Notes: a model not told the origin generated them from the sequence alone. A stretch of 37,414 bases of DNA from Candidatus Bathyarchaeia archaeon (GCA_037481775.1 JBBFKZ010000006.1:42787-80200); one strand, 5' to 3'. Positions 1 through 9,854 are shown, counted from the stretch's first letter. A program made the numbers and translations.

Positions 1-2
1 CG

Positions 3-449
3 CACGATGCGCCAGACGCGATTGGCAGAGCACTCATCAGCGAGATGCTGGAGCCTACACGCATCTACGTTAAACCCATCCTCCAATTAGCCGAGACAAC
101 ACGAATCAAGGCAGCGGTGCACATAACAGGAGACGCATACTTGAAATTCAACAATCTCGCCCGATTCTCCCCTGGCACAGGCTTCGAATTCCGCAACTTC
201 AAGCCGCAACCAATCTTCAGCTTAATTCAGAAAACCGCCGCAGAACTCGGCTACGCCGTAACGGATGAGGAGATGTTCCGAACCTTCAACATGGGCTGGG
301 GCTTTGCGGTAATCGTGGACAAGCAAGAGACAGAAAACGCGCTGAACACCTTAGAAAAGGCTGGCGCGCAGCCGGAGCAGATTGGAATCGTGACCGACAC
401 GCAGAGAATAGTGATAAAGCACGCCGGTAAGAATTTAGTCTTAGCATAA
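3..449 (+). CDS. purM: Phosphoribosylformylglycinamidine cyclo-ligase (AIR synthetase), 3' part; truncated by the window edge
   Basis: Frame is open from base 3. C-terminal PurM motifs LEPTRIY, HITG, EEMFRTFNMGWG. Directly upstream of purS/L/Q. Confidence 0.93.
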   Translation, partial: HDAPDAIGRALISEMLEPTRIYVKPILQLAETTRIKAAVHITGDAYLKFNNLARFSPGTGFEFRNFKPQPIFSLIQKTAAELGYAVTDEEMFRTFNMGWGFAVIVDKQETENALNTLEKAGAQPEQIGIVTDTQRIVIKHAGKNLVLA

Positions 450-469
450 TGCTTTGCATTTTATGTGAT

Positions 470-484
470 GAAAGCGTTTAAATT
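470..484 (+). promoter_or_regulatory. BRE-TATA promoter for purS-purL-purQ (probably leaderless)
   Basis: GAAAGCG-TTTAAATT ending about 23 nt before the purS ATG; no SD motif. Confidence 0.55.
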
Positions 485-506
485 CCAAGCGCTTAACATT
501 TAGCCC

Positions 507-758
507 ATGAAATACCGCGCAAAAATAGAAGTCAGCCTGAAACCAGGTCACAGCGACCCCGAAGGCGAAACCACAGCGCGCCTACTAAAAGAGCTCGGCT
601 ACGCAGTTAGCGCCGTGAACGTGGGCAAGGTTTACACAGTAATTCTCGAGGCTCAAACGCAGAAGGAAGCCGCGGCGAAAGCGGAGGAAATGTGCCGAAA
701 ACTTTTGGCGAATCCAACGAAGGATAATTACACAATAATAATAGAGGAGCAGAAATGA
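507..758 (+). CDS. purS: FGAM synthase subunit PurS
   Basis: 83 aa; LKPG..DPEG, GK.Y, LLANP motifs; stop overlaps the purL start (ATGA). Confidence 0.96.
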   Translation: MKYRAKIEVSLKPGHSDPEGETTARLLKELGYAVSAVNVGKVYTVILEAQTQKEAAAKAEEMCRKLLANPTKDNYTIIIEEQK

Positions 759-3136
759 ACGGAAGCTTCTACATACGCAGAAAAACCGCTTTCCCACTTT
801 ACGAAGTAGCCCTATCCAAAGCCTCTGACAGGCAGCTGTTAGAAATCAGCGGCGAACTGGGCTTATGCTTAAACATAGAAGAGATGAAAGCCATCAGAGA
901 TTACTTTGCGAGCGAGGGCAGAAACCCAACGGACGTGGAGTTGCAAGCCATAGCGCAGACATGGAGCGAACACTGCTATCACAAGACATTCAAAGGCAAA
1001 ATCCGCATAGGCAAAACGGAAATCAACAGCCTCTTTAAAACATACATAGCAAAAGCCACCAAAGCAATCGCCCCCCGCTGGTGCTTCAGCGTCTTCGAAG
1101 ATAACGCAGGCATAATCCGCTTCGACAAAGGCTACGGCATAGCCGCCAAAGTTGAAACACATAATCACCCGTCTGCAGTGGAGCCCTTCGGAGGCGCAGC
1201 CACAGGCGTAGGCGGCGTAATCCGCGACGTCCTCGGCGTATGGGCTGACCCCATTGCATGCACCGACGTTCTGGGCTTCGGCCCGTTAGATTATGATTAC
1301 GCGAAGCTTCCAGCAGGCGTGAAGCATCCAAAGTATGTTTACATGGGTGTTACCGCAGGCATCGGCGCCTACGGAAACAACATGGGCATCCCCACCGTGA
1401 ACGGCGCCATATACTTTGACGAAAGCTACACAGGCAACGTCGTGGTCTACTGTGGATGCGTGGGGATCCTACCGCTTAAAAAGTTCCGAAGAAACGCCCA
1501 GCCAGGCCACATAATAGTGCTTGCAGGCGGAAAAACCGGCCGCGACGGCATCCACGGCGTAACCTTCGCTTCAGCTGAACTGACCGAAAAGTCAGAAGAA
1601 GTCTCTCGTCCAGCCGTGCAAATCGCCGACCCCATCGAGGAGGAGAAACTGAAGCGAGCGGTGATTGAAATCCGAGACCGGGAACTCGCATCGGCGATAA
1701 CGGATTTAGGCGGAGGCGGCTTATCCTCAGCCGTAGGCGAAACCGCAAAAAAATTTGACTGCGGCGCAAAAGTGGCGCTGGACAAAGTTCCCTTAAAGTA
1801 CCTGGGGCTAGCGCCTTGGGAAATCTACCTCTCAGAATCCCAGGAACGAATGCTCTTAACAGTTCCGCCTGAAAAACTCGAAAACGTGCTGGAAGTTTTC
1901 GAAAAAGAAGATGTAGAAGCAACTGCAATAGGGACGCTCACCAAAGAGCAGCGACTACAACTCGCTTATCAAGGCGAACAAGTCGCAGACATGCACATGA
2001 AATTTCTCTTTAAACCGCCTGAAAGCGTAAAAAACGCTATATATCCAACTGTAGAAATTGAGGAACCCACGTTTCCAGAGCCTGCGGACCTCACGGAAAC
2101 TCTTTTAGCGTTACTCGAGGCACCGAACATCGCCAGCAAAGAAAGCGTAGTACGCACCTACGACCATGAAGTAAAAGGGAACACTGTGCTGAAGCCGCTG
2201 CATGGCGAAAACAGCGGACCAAATGATGCCGCGGTGATAAAGCCGCTGGAAAACTCCTGGAAAGGCGCCGTAATATCATGCGGCATGAACCCGAATTACG
2301 GGAAAATTGACGCTTACTGGATGGCCGCATCAGCCATAGACGAAGCCATACGCAACAACGTGGCAGTGGGCGGCCGCAGAATAGCGCTTCTGGACAATTT
2401 CACATGGGGCAATCCGGAGAAGCCTGAGAGGCTGGGCTCCCTTGTTAGAGCATGTCAAGCCTGCTATGACTTCGCCATCGCTTTTCGAACACCCTTCATC
2501 TCAGGCAAAGACAGCCTATACAATGAGTCGCCGCTGGGACCTGTTGCGCCCACTCTCCTAATCACCGCGCTGGGCATAATTTCTGACATTCGGCTGGCAG
2601 TTTCAATGGACTTGAAGAAGCCAGGCGACCTTATCTACATAGTCGGCCGAACCTTCAATGAACTGGGCGGCTCGGAATATTATAAGCTTAAAGGTTACTT
2701 GGGCAGGTCGGTGCCAAAAGTGAGGGCAGGACAGGCAAAACGAACCTTCCGAGCAATAACCAAAGCCATTGACCTAGGCCTCGTTAAAGCCTGCCATGAC
2801 CTTTCAGAAGGCGGCTTGGCGGTGGCAGCGGCGGAAATGGCTTTTGCAGGCAGCTTAGGCTTGAAGCTGGATCTAAGAGTGGCTCCGAGTAAGCAGGTAA
2901 CCCGTAGCGATTTCCTGTTGTTTTCTGAGTCTAACAGCCGTTTTCTTGTGGAAGTTGACGCGCAAGACAAGGCGGATTTTGAAGCATTAATGAAAAATAA
3001 TGCGTGCGCCAGAATAGGCGAAGTAACTGATGACGCAAGATTGACAATTCGCGGTTTACACGGGAAGGTTGTTGTTGATGCCGCAGTTGCCGAGCTATAT
3101 CGCCGTTGGAAGAAAACTTTAAGCAGCGAGGTGTAA
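755..3136 (+). CDS. purL: FGAM synthase subunit PurL (small type)
   Basis: WSEHC, KVETHNHPSAVEPFGGAATGVGG, DLGGGGL, SESQERM, SGKDSLYN, HDLSEGG motifs. Confidence 0.98.
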   Translation: MNGSFYIRRKTAFPLYEVALSKASDRQLLEISGELGLCLNIEEMKAIRDYFASEGRNPTDVELQAIAQTWSEHCYHKTFKGKIRIGKTEINSLFKTYIAKATKAIAPRWCFSVFEDNAGIIRFDKGYGIAAKVETHNHPSAVEPFGGAATGVGGVIRDVLGVWADPIACTDVLGFGPLDYDYAKLPAGVKHPKYVYMGVTAGIGAYGNNMGIPTVNGAIYFDESYTGNVVVYCGCVGILPLKKFRRNAQPGHIIVLAGGKTGRDGIHGVTFASAELTEKSEEVSRPAVQIADPIEEEKLKRAVIEIRDRELASAITDLGGGGLSSAVGETAKKFDCGAKVALDKVPLKYLGLAPWEIYLSESQERMLLTVPPEKLENVLEVFEKEDVEATAIGTLTKEQRLQLAYQGEQVADMHMKFLFKPPESVKNAIYPTVEIEEPTFPEPADLTETLLALLEAPNIASKESVVRTYDHEVKGNTVLKPLHGENSGPNDAAVIKPLENSWKGAVISCGMNPNYGKIDAYWMAASAIDEAIRNNVAVGGRRIALLDNFTWGNPEKPERLGSLVRACQACYDFAIAFRTPFISGKDSLYNESPLGPVAPTLLITALGIISDIRLAVSMDLKKPGDLIYIVGRTFNELGGSEYYKLKGYLGRSVPKVRAGQAKRTFRAITKAIDLGLVKACHDLSEGGLAVAAAEMAFAGSLGLKLDLRVAPSKQVTRSDFLLFSESNSRFLVEVDAQDKADFEALMKNNACARIGEVTDDARLTIRGLHGKVVVDAAVAELYRRWKKTLSSEV

Positions 3137-3141
3137 CAGGC

Positions 3142-3960
3142 GTGAAGCGTGAGGAAATCAAAGTTTGTATTTTACGTGTGGGCGGAACAAACTGCGACGC
3201 CGAAACCCAACGAGCATTCCAAGAGCTAGGCGCAAAGGCGGAAATCTTGCATGTGAACGAGCTTGCCAAACGCAGAAATCTCATGGATTATCAAGCACTT
3301 GTCTTTCCCGGAGGCTTCTCATTCGGCGACTACGTCCGCGCCGGCGCCATACTTGCAAGATGGCTCTCGGCCAAGTTGGGCAAAGAAATCCGCGCATTCG
3401 TTGACGACGGTAGACCAATTCTCGGCATATGCAACGGCTTCCAAGTTCTCGTTGAGTACGGTCTGCTTCCAGGGTTCGACGGTGTAAGCGAATATCCCGA
3501 AGCCGCATTAGCTGCGAACATTCCACAAGGCTACAATTGCCGCTGGGTCTACCTCAAACAAGAAAACAGAGGCAAATGCATTTTTACAAGCAAAATTCCA
3601 ACGGGCAGCGTTCTTAGAATACCTGTGGCGCATTCTGAAGGAAGATTCCTGTTTCCAAAGGAGAAGCAGCAGAAAATGTTTGACAGGCTCATTGACGGGG
3701 ACATGCTGGTTTTCCGCTACTGCAGCAAGAATGGTGAATATGCAGAAGGTAAATATCCAACTAACCCCAATGGTTCTCTCCACGATATTGCGGGTATATG
3801 CAACAAAGAAGGCACCATTTTCGGTTTGATGCCGCATCCTGAAAGGGCGTTTTACTGGTGGCAACAGCCAGACTGGACGCGCCAAGAGAAGATGCCGCAG
3901 TACGGTGATGGGAAATTAATTTTCGAAAGCCTCGTGGACAATCTAACCCGGAAGTTCTAA
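3142..3960 (+). CDS. purQ: FGAM synthase glutaminase subunit PurQ
   Basis: GTNCD, PGGFSFGD, GICNGFQ (nucleophile Cys), NPNGS, MPHPER. GTG at 3142 follows SD-like GAGGTG (the ORF track starts at 3106). Confidence 0.96.
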   Translation: MKREEIKVCILRVGGTNCDAETQRAFQELGAKAEILHVNELAKRRNLMDYQALVFPGGFSFGDYVRAGAILARWLSAKLGKEIRAFVDDGRPILGICNGFQVLVEYGLLPGFDGVSEYPEAALAANIPQGYNCRWVYLKQENRGKCIFTSKIPTGSVLRIPVAHSEGRFLFPKEKQQKMFDRLIDGDMLVFRYCSKNGEYAEGKYPTNPNGSLHDIAGICNKEGTIFGLMPHPERAFYWWQQPDWTRQEKMPQYGDGKLIFESLVDNLTRKF

Positions 3961-4857
3961 ATCCTTAGCGTAGGGTAACCCTGCCCTAGCGCCCATTTTC
4001 ATTATGCATCGTGAAGCAACAAAGTTGCCAAGTGCGCCGCATTCTTGAAGGCTTTTGTCCTTAAGCAATCCGTAGAGGAAGCCGGCGCAGAATGCGTCTC
4101 CCGCTCCCGTGGTGTCTACAACCTTCACGTTAAGCGCCGGTATCAGATGCTTTTCGCGGCCGTCCGTAACGTAGCAGCCGCCGCTTCCAAGTTTGACCGC
4201 CACAATCGTAACGCCCTTTTCAAGCATAAAGTCTGCGCCTTTGCGGTAATCCGCTTCCCCCGTCAGCAGCTTAAGCTCGAGGGCATTGGGCATTAAAACA
4301 TGGGTTCTTCGAATTATGGGTTCCAGAGCTGCGAAGCCTCGTCGGGCATATAATGCGCCTGGATCAAAACTTACCTTGACACGGTCGGGTATTATGTCTA
4401 AGAGTTTCTTCTGAGTTTCAAATGATTTTTCGCCGACGAACGAGGTTAAATGCAGAAAACGCGTTTGCGAAGCATAAGCTACGTTGACATCTTCCAAAGT
4501 TATGGTGTCGTTGACGCCCGAGTTAATATACAATGCGCGCCCGCCTTTTCTATCTACAAAACCAAAGACCGACCCGCTTCTGCCCTGCTCAGCGCGGACG
4601 ATGCCCTCTGTGTTTACGCCTTCCCTGCAGAAGCTTTGGATTAGCAGGTCGCCTTCTCTGTCGCAGCCTACTTTGCCGATGAAGCCAACCCGGCAGCCTA
4701 ACCGTGCAAGGCCAACTGTGGTGTTGGCTGCTGAACCACCGCAGTCCTCTGCGTAGTCCTCAACGAAGCTTTCTTCTTCCTCTCGCGCGATCCTGTTCAC
4801 TTTGAAGAGTTTATCCACATTAAGCGCGCCGAAGCCTACTACATCAAAGCGGCTCAT
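3943..4857 (-). CDS. PfkB/ribokinase-family carbohydrate or nucleoside kinase (EhaT-like)
   Basis: GGSAANT and DTTGAGDAF PfkB signatures. Start overlaps the Ftr-like stop (ATGA). 3' end overlaps purQ by 18 bp. Confidence 0.92.
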   Translation of the reverse strand: MSRFDVVGFGALNVDKLFKVNRIAREEEESFVEDYAEDCGGSAANTTVGLARLGCRVGFIGKVGCDREGDLLIQSFCREGVNTEGIVRAEQGRSGSVFGFVDRKGGRALYINSGVNDTITLEDVNVAYASQTRFLHLTSFVGEKSFETQKKLLDIIPDRVKVSFDPGALYARRGFAALEPIIRRTHVLMPNALELKLLTGEADYRKGADFMLEKGVTIVAVKLGSGGCYVTDGREKHLIPALNVKVVDTTGAGDAFCAGFLYGLLKDKSLQECGALGNFVASRCIMKMGARAGLPYAKDLELPG

Positions 4858-5762
4858 GAAACCAGCTCTCGCAGGTAAATTTTGTAGTCGCCTAGTTTTC
4901 CGCCATAGTTTCCCGCTGAAACGCGGGCGACGCCGTCAACATTAAGCGCTGCTTGGATTCCTGCTTTCATTGCCCGCTTGACAGCATCCATTGAGACACC
5001 GTTAATTACTATCTCGGGAATGTAACGCACTTCATCGGGCACTAGTGAACGAGGTAATTTCGGTTTAAGTGATGGACAATATGGATGGTTCGTAGTAGGT
5101 CCTATAGCTGGAAAATTGGTTTCTGGCTTTGAGCCAGCGGAACAAACATCAAAAGGAGTGATTACGCCCGCCACTGTGTGTATGGCGTCTAAGGCTTTTC
5201 GGCCCGCCTTCTTCACGGCTTCTTTTGTCCTGCACATAACCCAAAAGTTTGCGCCCATAACGCCGCGAGCATAGCCAAGCCGGCGTTCGATGACGAAGTC
5301 TGGAACCATAAGCGGCACAATGATGACTTCGCGGTCATGTCGCTTTTCAGTCCATTCGTAGCCGTCACCGCAGTGTCCAACATGCTCCATCATGTCCAGT
5401 TTTCCCTCTGCATCTGGCAATGCGTCATAAACTGCAGTGAAAGGCTTAACCAGAATGTCCTGCCGTATTCTGTAGGACAACTCGGTTTCAAACTTCTTCA
5501 ACGATGCAGAGAAGGATGTACGTGAGTTTATTGCACCCCAGAACTGCAGCAGCGCGCCTGCGCGGCCGTCAGGCGTCTCTTTCTCGCTTAGCCATTTTTC
5601 AACTCCGCCCTCTACTCTGCCAATCACCACGGCCGGTGTTGCGGTTGCGTCCTCGGCTGCGCTGCGAACCGTACGCTTATCGTCAGCTGTAATGATTATG
5701 CGGCAAAAAATCCCGGCGAAAGCTTCCGCATAAGTGTCCTCGATAACAGGTTTGCCAGTCAT
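4854..5762 (-). CDS. Formylmethanofuran:H4MPT formyltransferase paralog (Ftr-like, EhaS type)
   Basis: [34 protein letters not shown] and [10 protein letters not shown] Ftr motifs, but with non-canonical [13 protein letters not shown] and [11 protein letters not shown] segments. Confidence 0.9.
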   Translation of the reverse strand: MTGKPVIEDTYAEAFAGIFCRIIITADDKRTVRSAAEDATATPAVVIGRVEGGVEKWLSEKETPDGRAGALLQFWGAINSRTSFSASLKKFETELSYRIRQDILVKPFTAVYDALPDAEGKLDMMEHVGHCGDGYEWTEKRHDREVIIVPLMVPDFVIERRLGYARGVMGANFWVMCRTKEAVKKAGRKALDAIHTVAGVITPFDVCSAGSKPETNFPAIGPTTNHPYCPSLKPKLPRSLVPDEVRYIPEIVINGVSMDAVKRAMKAGIQAALNVDGVARVSAGNYGGKLGDYKIYLRELVS

Positions 5763-6844
5763 TATCCGAGCCTCCCTATGCTTTCGCCTCGCACTTTCCT
5801 TCTAAACTCGCTGCTTTCTTTGGCTATGATGTCCATATTTTCCGCTGTTACTATTTGAACTTTGGGCAAAGCGGAAGGATACAATTCGAGGAGCTTGCTG
5901 CACAGATGCTGGCTAACCGTGCTTTTCTGCAGCGTTTTAAGGCTCCAGCTTTCCAGCACTTTCAGTGTTTGCTGTTTCCCAAGGTTAAAGAATAGGTCAG
6001 CGATTACGGCGGTTACGATGCTGCTTTGAGATAGCACTGCGACTTCAGCGTTTTTCACCGCGTACTCGTTGCCGTTGAATGAAACAGTTAAGCCGTCGCT
6101 GCTTCTAACAAGTTTGAAGGCTTCCACGTCAGTTATGCTGTCGCCCACGTACATCACATCGCTTAACTGCGCGCCTACGCGTTCCACAGCATCTTGTATG
6201 GCTTCAGCCTTTTGCTTGCCGCCCACAGTGGTTACTTCTATGAAGATTCGGCCTAACCTCGTGCCTGCAATTTCGCTCCAGAAAATCTTGTCAAGCCGCC
6301 TAATTGTTTCCTGATCCACAGGCGAAAAGTCTTCTATTGCCTTTGCAGCCGGCGGAATATTAATCATCGGCATCTGCGCAATTTCTTTCGCGACATCTTT
6401 CAGCCAAGCCTTTTCCCCTTCGCTGACGTCATACTTGCTGAGGCGCAGTTTAGTGCAGTAAGTGTTTGCGTACGGAAAATTTGTGGCTCTGCAAAGCGCC
6501 TTGATGTAATGCTCATAGCTTGTGCTGACAATAAAAGCGCTGGCTACTGCTTGCACATGTTGCAGTGTTTCTCTGCTGTTTGCAATTAGAATCAGATTTT
6601 GAGCGGAAAATTCCTCTATCTGCTCATCTGTGAGGTCATATGCTTTTAGGAAGGGCAGAATCAGCTTTAGCGTGTTTCCAGCGGAGTAGCCAGGCCGTTT
6701 AAAAGCGTCGGCAAGCACGTCGTCGTACTTGCTTATGAGCGCGAAAAGCTTATCACCGTTTGGGATAAAATGCGCCGTTATTTCATAAGCGTTGTCATTC
6801 TTGCTTATGGGGCCCTCGCAGTCTGATATGAAAACGGGCTTCAC
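5762..6844 (-). CDS. HAD-superfamily hydrolase, COG4030/EhaR-like
   Basis: HAD motif I SDCEGP, motif II VSTS, motif III Lys (GGKQK), motif IV GDSITD, plus [11 protein letters not shown] start overlaps the purD stop (GTGA). Confidence 0.85.
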   Translation of the reverse strand: MKPVFISDCEGPISKNDNAYEITAHFIPNGDKLFALISKYDDVLADAFKRPGYSAGNTLKLILPFLKAYDLTDEQIEEFSAQNLILIANSRETLQHVQAVASAFIVSTSYEHYIKALCRATNFPYANTYCTKLRLSKYDVSEGEKAWLKDVAKEIAQMPMINIPPAAKAIEDFSPVDQETIRRLDKIFWSEIAGTRLGRIFIEVTTVGGKQKAEAIQDAVERVGAQLSDVMYVGDSITDVEAFKLVRSSDGLTVSFNGNEYAVKNAEVAVLSQSSIVTAVIADLFFNLGKQQTLKVLESWSLKTLQKSTVSQHLCSKLLELYPSALPKVQIVTAENMDIIAKESSEFRRKVRGESIGRLG

Positions 6845-8265
6845 AGGTTACGCCTCAACTGCTCCATGTGGCTTATGCTCTGTGCTATGTGCTGCCTCGC
6901 CGCGATGTCAGTTCTGTTCCAGAGCGCTCCGCCGCTTATCGCCCGCGTGCCCTCCAATGAAATTTGACGTGCTTCCTCGATGCTTGCGCCGATGCCTAAA
7001 ACGCCTACTGCCCGGGATTTCAGCGCGTAGGTTTCGCCGTCTCTAACCTCCATGGAGCCTGGGTAAACTCTGATTCGATCACCGTATTTTTCTGCAAGCG
7101 CATAAGCCCTTGACAAGTCAACTGGCGTGTCCACCTTAGTCTTATTCACACGCTCCGGGAAGGCGTCCGCGTAGCCGCCGTATGTGGGTGGAACCTTGTA
7201 AGTTAACACGGCGGCTGCCTTCTCCAATTCCACACGCTTGAGGTTTCCTTCTAAAATTCTGAAGCAGACTTCAACGAAATCATCCTTTAAAAGTGGAAGA
7301 ATGTTAATGATTTCGGGGTCGCCTGGGCGGCTGTTGTTTTCGAGAACCTTTATACCCTTTCCAGTGTGCATAAAAGCCAAATACAATGGCACGCCTCTCA
7401 AGGCGGTGTTATCGTTTATTTTCGCCGCCCATCTCTCAAAAATTTTCTCGGCAAGCTCAAGTTCGCATTCCCGTTCAGCCGCCGTTAGGAAAGGCAATTT
7501 GTCATCCGCGTCTTTGTAGGCGCCCATGCCGCCGGTGTTTGGACCCTTGTCGCCGTCAAATGCACGCTTGTAATCACGCGTATCCGGTAACGGAACCAGA
7601 TGCTTGCCGTCGCAGAACGCTTGAAAGCTGGATTCTTCTCCATCTACTTTCTCTTCGATTATAACCGCGCCATGTTGGAAGTTTGAAAGGAAATGCTCAA
7701 AGAGCTGCTCGCGCGTTGTGAAGTGGTCACCCCAAACGCCTACACCTTTGCCTGCTGCAGGCTTGTCTGGCTTCACCACCGCTTGGTTCTCAAGCTCATC
7801 AAGCCACTCGTAAACGTCCTTCTTTACAGCGGATAGCCCATCATAATCCTTCGGGTCAAAGATTTTGAAGCGCGGATTTGCTTCCGGCGCTATTTCCTGC
7901 AGCAACAAGCGCTGCTGAACTTTGCTGGCTTCTATGGCGTAGTCCCGTGTTGGGCAGATAACTGGGATGCCAGTTCGCTGCTCTACAAGGTTGCGTACGC
8001 CCTCAATTATGGGTTTTTCAGGGCCAACCAGCACAAAGTCGATTTTATCCCGGTTAGCCTCGGCAAACCTGCAAATTTCCTCGATGTTCAAGTCGGGTAT
8101 AACAACATGCTTTGCGGCTCTTTTCATATTGAATGGGTTGCGCTGTTTGTCTGCAATGTAGAGCTCCACTTTGTGGTTTGGGCTTCGGCTAAAAGCGTCA
8201 ATCATCGCGGCTTCTCTTGCACCGTATGACACGACGAGTACGCCTACTTTCTCCATTCGCGACAC
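6841..8265 (-). CDS. purD: Phosphoribosylamine-glycine ligase (GAR synthetase)
   Basis: GAREAA, VGPEKP, EASK, VVKPD..AAGKGV, DYKRAFDGDKGPNTGGMG, SRPGDPE. Start is GTG 8265 or ATG 8256. Confidence 0.95.
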   Translation of the reverse strand: MSRMEKVGVLVVSYGAREAAMIDAFSRSPNHKVELYIADKQRNPFNMKRAAKHVVIPDLNIEEICRFAEANRDKIDFVLVGPEKPIIEGVRNLVEQRTGIPVICPTRDYAIEASKVQQRLLLQEIAPEANPRFKIFDPKDYDGLSAVKKDVYEWLDELENQAVVKPDKPAAGKGVGVWGDHFTTREQLFEHFLSNFQHGAVIIEEKVDGEESSFQAFCDGKHLVPLPDTRDYKRAFDGDKGPNTGGMGAYKDADDKLPFLTAAERECELELAEKIFERWAAKINDNTALRGVPLYLAFMHTGKGIKVLENNSRPGDPEIINILPLLKDDFVEVCFRILEGNLKRVELEKAAAVLTYKVPPTYGGYADAFPERVNKTKVDTPVDLSRAYALAEKYGDRIRVYPGSMEVRDGETYALKSRAVGVLGIGASIEEARQISLEGTRAISGGALWNRTDIAARQHIAQSISHMEQLRRNL

Positions 8266-8291
8266 CTTTGTTAGAGAATAAACGGAAACAC

Positions 8292-9854
8292 TTAATTTGT
8301 TTTATCACTATGCGCACTTGAAATCTCGCAGGTTTCGTAGAGCCTTCCCTTTTCCTCATAGCCCTTGAGAAATTTTCCTTTCATTTCGTCAGCTAACTTC
8401 TGTGCATAAGGCGTCGGGTATTCACCTGTAACGCAGGCTAAACATAGCTCTCCGCGGCTGTGCCCTGTGGCGCGCACTAATCCTTCGATGGATTGATAGC
8501 ACACGGCGTCTGCGCCTATTATCTTAGCGATTTCTTCGGGCTTATGCTTTGAACCTATCAGTTGCCCGTAAGTTGCCATGTCAATTCCGTAGAAGCAGGG
8601 GCCGATTATGCGGGGAAACGTCACGAACATGTAAACCTTGCTGGCGCCTGCCCGCCGCAGTTTTTCTATAATGATTTTTGTGGTGTCGCCGCGTACTATG
8701 CTGTCCTCTGTTACTATAACTCGTTTACCTTTAACTTTGGAGCCAAGGATGTTTACTTTGCGGTCGATTGTTGAGAAACGCTCATTATTCAATAGTATGA
8801 AGGCTCTTTCAGTTACGTAACGGTGCCTACGTGAGGCGCGCTCCCATCTAAGCCCGGAAGCCTCGTGGACCCCCATCGCAGAGTCATCGCCTGTCTCAGG
8901 CACGGAGAGAATGACATCCGCGTCTTTAACAATTTCCGGGTATTCCCTAACGAGATTTCTTCCAAAATCTTCGCGTATTTCGTAAACGTATTTACCATCA
9001 AACCTTGAGTCAGGCCTTGCGAAGTAGGCGTATTCAAAAGCGCAGAATGCCTTACGAGGATTCTTAATAAGCTGTATACGCTCAAAACCATCCTTTGAAG
9101 CCTTCACGAGTTCACCTGGCGCAAGCTCAAAATCTCGGATAAACCCGTTCATGTCCAAGCTTACGGTTTCAGAGGAAAACGCGTAGGTTGCACCGTCTGG
9201 GCTGTGCCCGGCGCAAAGCGGCTTTATGCCATGCGGATCTTTGAATGCGAAGAGTTCACCTTCCGCAGTTATGCCTGCTACGGAGAATGCGCCGTCAAGG
9301 CTGTGCATGCATGCAGCGACAGCTTCTGCTAGGTTTCCACTCTTGTCAAGTTCTAGCAGTAACTTTTGGCAAACTATGTCTGAATCGCAATTATATGAGA
9401 AACCTGGAAAGCTTTGCTCCAACTCCTTTCTTAACAGCATGGCATTAGCGATGTTGCCGTTAAATGAAATCGCAAGTTTCAGCTTATTCAGCGACGCAGT
9501 AACAGGCTGAGTGCCCTGAATAATCGACGTTTCATCGCTTTTTCCCGAAGTCGTATAGCGCACGTTACCTAATCCCGCGTGCCCCGGTAGACGCTTGAGC
9601 CATTCTTGTATGTTGCTGGTGAGTAATTTGGGCACTAAGCCAAGTCTCTTGTGCAGGTAAACCCTGCCATTGTCGTATGTGAGAAATCCATGGGACTGGT
9701 GTCCTCGATGGTTTTGGGCGCGTAGTCCCCAATAAATATATGGAAATATCGCTTCGTCTCTGAAGTTTATTGCAGCGAATACACCGCAGCCTATTTCAGG
9801 TCCCTTCTTGTTGCGGAGAATAAAGAAGAATGGGGGTTTATCAGCTTTTAGCAC
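8292..9854 (-). CDS. purF: Amidophosphoribosyltransferase (Fe-S type)
   Basis: Ntn Cys (CGVF), HRG, VRY.TSG, CAFEYAYFARPDS, EDSIVRGDT PRPP loop, PCFYGID, CLAC. The start codon is uncertain. Confidence 0.93.
   Translation of the reverse strand: MLKADKPPFFFILRNKKGPEIGCGVFAAINFRDEAIFPYIYWGLRAQNHRGHQSHGFLTYDNGRVYLHKRLGLVPKLLTSNIQEWLKRLPGHAGLGNVRYTTSGKSDETSIIQGTQPVTASLNKLKLAISFNGNIANAMLLRKELEQSFPGFSYNCDSDIVCQKLLLELDKSGNLAEAVAACMHSLDGAFSVAGITAEGELFAFKDPHGIKPLCAGHSPDGATYAFSSETVSLDMNGFIRDFELAPGELVKASKDGFERIQLIKNPRKAFCAFEYAYFARPDSRFDGKYVYEIREDFGRNLVREYPEIVKDADVILSVPETGDDSAMGVHEASGLRWERASRRHRYVTERAFILLNNERFSTIDRKVNILGSKVKGKRVIVTEDSIVRGDTTKIIIEKLRRAGASKVYMFVTFPRIIGPCFYGIDMATYGQLIGSKHKPEEIAKIIGADAVCYQSIEGLVRATGHSRGELCLACVTGEYPTPYAQKLADEMKGKFLKGYEEKGRLYETCEISSAHSDKTN

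Noticed and set aside
585-3885. Many antisense and alternate-frame ORFs over purS/L/Q (and similar ones across the window)
   Set aside because: They overlap well-supported genes, carry no motifs, and reflect codon-bias shadows.
4854-5762. Reading the Ftr-like gene as evidence of methanogenesis or a canonical ftr
   Set aside because: The motifs are divergent, the context is purine synthesis, and no mcr, fwd, mch or mtd genes are in the window.
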